Source: the human T2T-CHM13v2.0 reference genome, Homo sapiens. From it: a stretch of 64,000 bases of DNA. The DNA is taken from assembly GCF_009914755.1 (NCBI RefSeq), contig NC_060947.1, one strand, 5' to 3'. Under the pieces are notes generated by a model. It saw only the letters and a list, made by a program, of their open reading frames with translations, had not been told where the DNA came from and did no database searches. The position numbers and the translations under genes were made by a program. Position 1 is the stretch's first letter. Each line of letters begins with the position of its first letter. Shown piece after piece: positions 62,356 to 64,000 of the stretch.

Positions 62356-64000
62356 GTGAGAGATGAGGATCCAGTTTTATTCTTCTACATGTGGCTTGCC
62401 AATTACACCTGCACCATTTGTTGAATTGGGTGTCCTTTCCCCACTTTATGTTTTTGTTTGCCTTGTGAAGATCAGTTGGCTGTTAAGTATTAGACTTTAT
62501 TTTGTGGTTCTCTATTCTGCTCCATTGGTCTGTATGCCTATTTTTATACCAGTACCATGCTGTTTTGGCAACAATAGCCTTTTAGTACAGTTTGAAGTTG
62601 GGTAATGTGATGCCTCCAGATTTGTTCTTTTGCTTAGTCTTGCTTTGGCTATGTGGGCTCTTTTTTGTTCTATATAAATTGTAGGATTGTTTCTTCTAGT
62701 TCTGTGAAGAATAATGATGGCATTTTGATGGAAATTGCACGGCTTTTGGTAGTGTGGTAATTTTCACAGTATTGATTCTACCCATCCATGAGCATAGGAT
62801 GTGTTTCCATTTTGTGTTTCCATGAGCATGGGATTGTGTTGTCTATGATGATTTCTTTCAGCAGTATTTTGTGGTTTTCCTTGTAGATAACTTTCATTTC
62901 CTTGGTTAGGCATATTCCCAAGGTGTTTTTGTTGTTGTTGTTTGTTTGTTTTTTGCAGCTGTTGTGAAAGGGATTGAGTTCTTTCTTTGATTCTCAGTTT
63001 GATCATTTTTGGTGTATAGCAGTGCTACTAATTTGTGTACATTGATATTGCATCCTGAAACTTTATCGAATTCATCTATCAGATCTAGGAGCTTTTTGGA
63101 TGAATCTTTAGAGTTTTCTAGGTATATGATTATATCATCAGCAAGCAGCAACATTCTGACTTTGTCTTCACTGATTTGGATCCCCTTTATTTCTTTCTCT
63201 TGTCTGATTGCTCTGGTTAGGATTTTCAGTACTATGTTGAATAGAAGTGGTGAAAGTGGGCATCCTTGTCTTGTTCCATTTCGCACAGGGAATGATTTCA
63301 GCTTTTCCCCATTCACTATAATGTTGGCTATGGGTTTGTCATAGCTGGCTTTTATTACCTTGAAGGATGTCCCTTCTATGCCAATTTTGATCAGGGTTTT
63401 AATTATAAAGCGATGCTGGATTTTGTGTACTTTTTTCTGCCTCTATTGAGATAACCGTGTGATTTTTGTTTTAAATTCTGTTTATGTGATGTATCACATT
63501 TATTGACTTGTGTATGATAAATCATCCCTGTATCCCTGGTATGAAATCCACTTAATCATGGTGCATTAGTTTTTTTGACATGCTGTTGGATTCAGTTAGC
63601 TAGTATTTTGTTGAGGAGTTTTGCATTGTTCATCGGGGATATTGGTCTGTAGTTTTTTTGTTATGCCCTTTCCTGCAGTGGCTCTTGGAGCAAAAGTTCA
63701 CAGTGAGAATCTCCACTTGTTGTTCTGTCCATCCAAGTGTGAGCTGCACGTTAGTCCTGTCTCCTAGTCACCATTTTCTTTTAAATGTCACAATCACTAG
63801 CCATTCCTATACACCAACAACAGTCAAGCTGAGAGCCAAATCAGGAATGCAATTTTATTCACAATTGCCACAAAAAGAATAAAACACCTAGGAACACAGC
63901 TAACCATGGAGGTGAGGTGAAAGATCCCTAATAAAATATTAGCAAAGTGAATCCAACAACATACCCAAGGAAGACAAGGTTTAACATCTAAAAACCAAAT

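Larger units (their letters stand above)
60780..63780 (-). mobile_element. L1PB1-type element (minus strand) with 5' end retained and a large internal deletion
   Basis: 3' UTR GGTTACATGGATAAGTTCTTTAGTGGTGATTTCTGAGA; RT remnant ORF 62906-63316; L1PB 5' terminus at 63675-63780. Flanking duplicate AATCACTAG at 60414-60422 / 63792-63800. Confidence 0.8.

Overview
Primate (most likely human or great ape) intergenic DNA, almost entirely transposable-element derived, with no intact host protein-coding gene visible. Nearly every predicted ORF is a LINE-1 ORF1/ORF2 fragment or its antisense shadow. The window is a stack of nested L1s: L1PA2 (1-2013), an old L1M/L1MB host (about 3050-21275), an MST provirus with two ERV1 LTRs (21.6-25.2 kb), and a five-level nest L1M2 > L1M1 > L1PA13-like > twin-primed L1PA7 > twin-primed L1PA2, plus L1PA8 > L1PA4 and L1PB1. 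The stand-out non-TE feature is an ancient ~3.4 kb NUMT (13072-17010): ND5 end, ND6, tRNA-Glu, CYTB start, control region, tRNA-Phe, 12S, tRNA-Val and 16S start. It looks like stem-primate rather than human mtDNA, has an internal ~1.2 kb deletion, and carries a chimeric retro-insertion in 16S. Reading junctions and target-site duplications (TSDs) also shows four probable L1 3' transductions (one ~1.15 kb), two ~70-bp locally templated insertions each copied from ~2.1 kb away, and shared unusual variants suggesting ectopic gene conversion between neighbouring L1s. I found no evidence of a new protein-based system; the interest lies in the genome-rearrangement record. Subfamily names rest on recalled consensus sequences and need RepeatMasker/Dfam confirmation.
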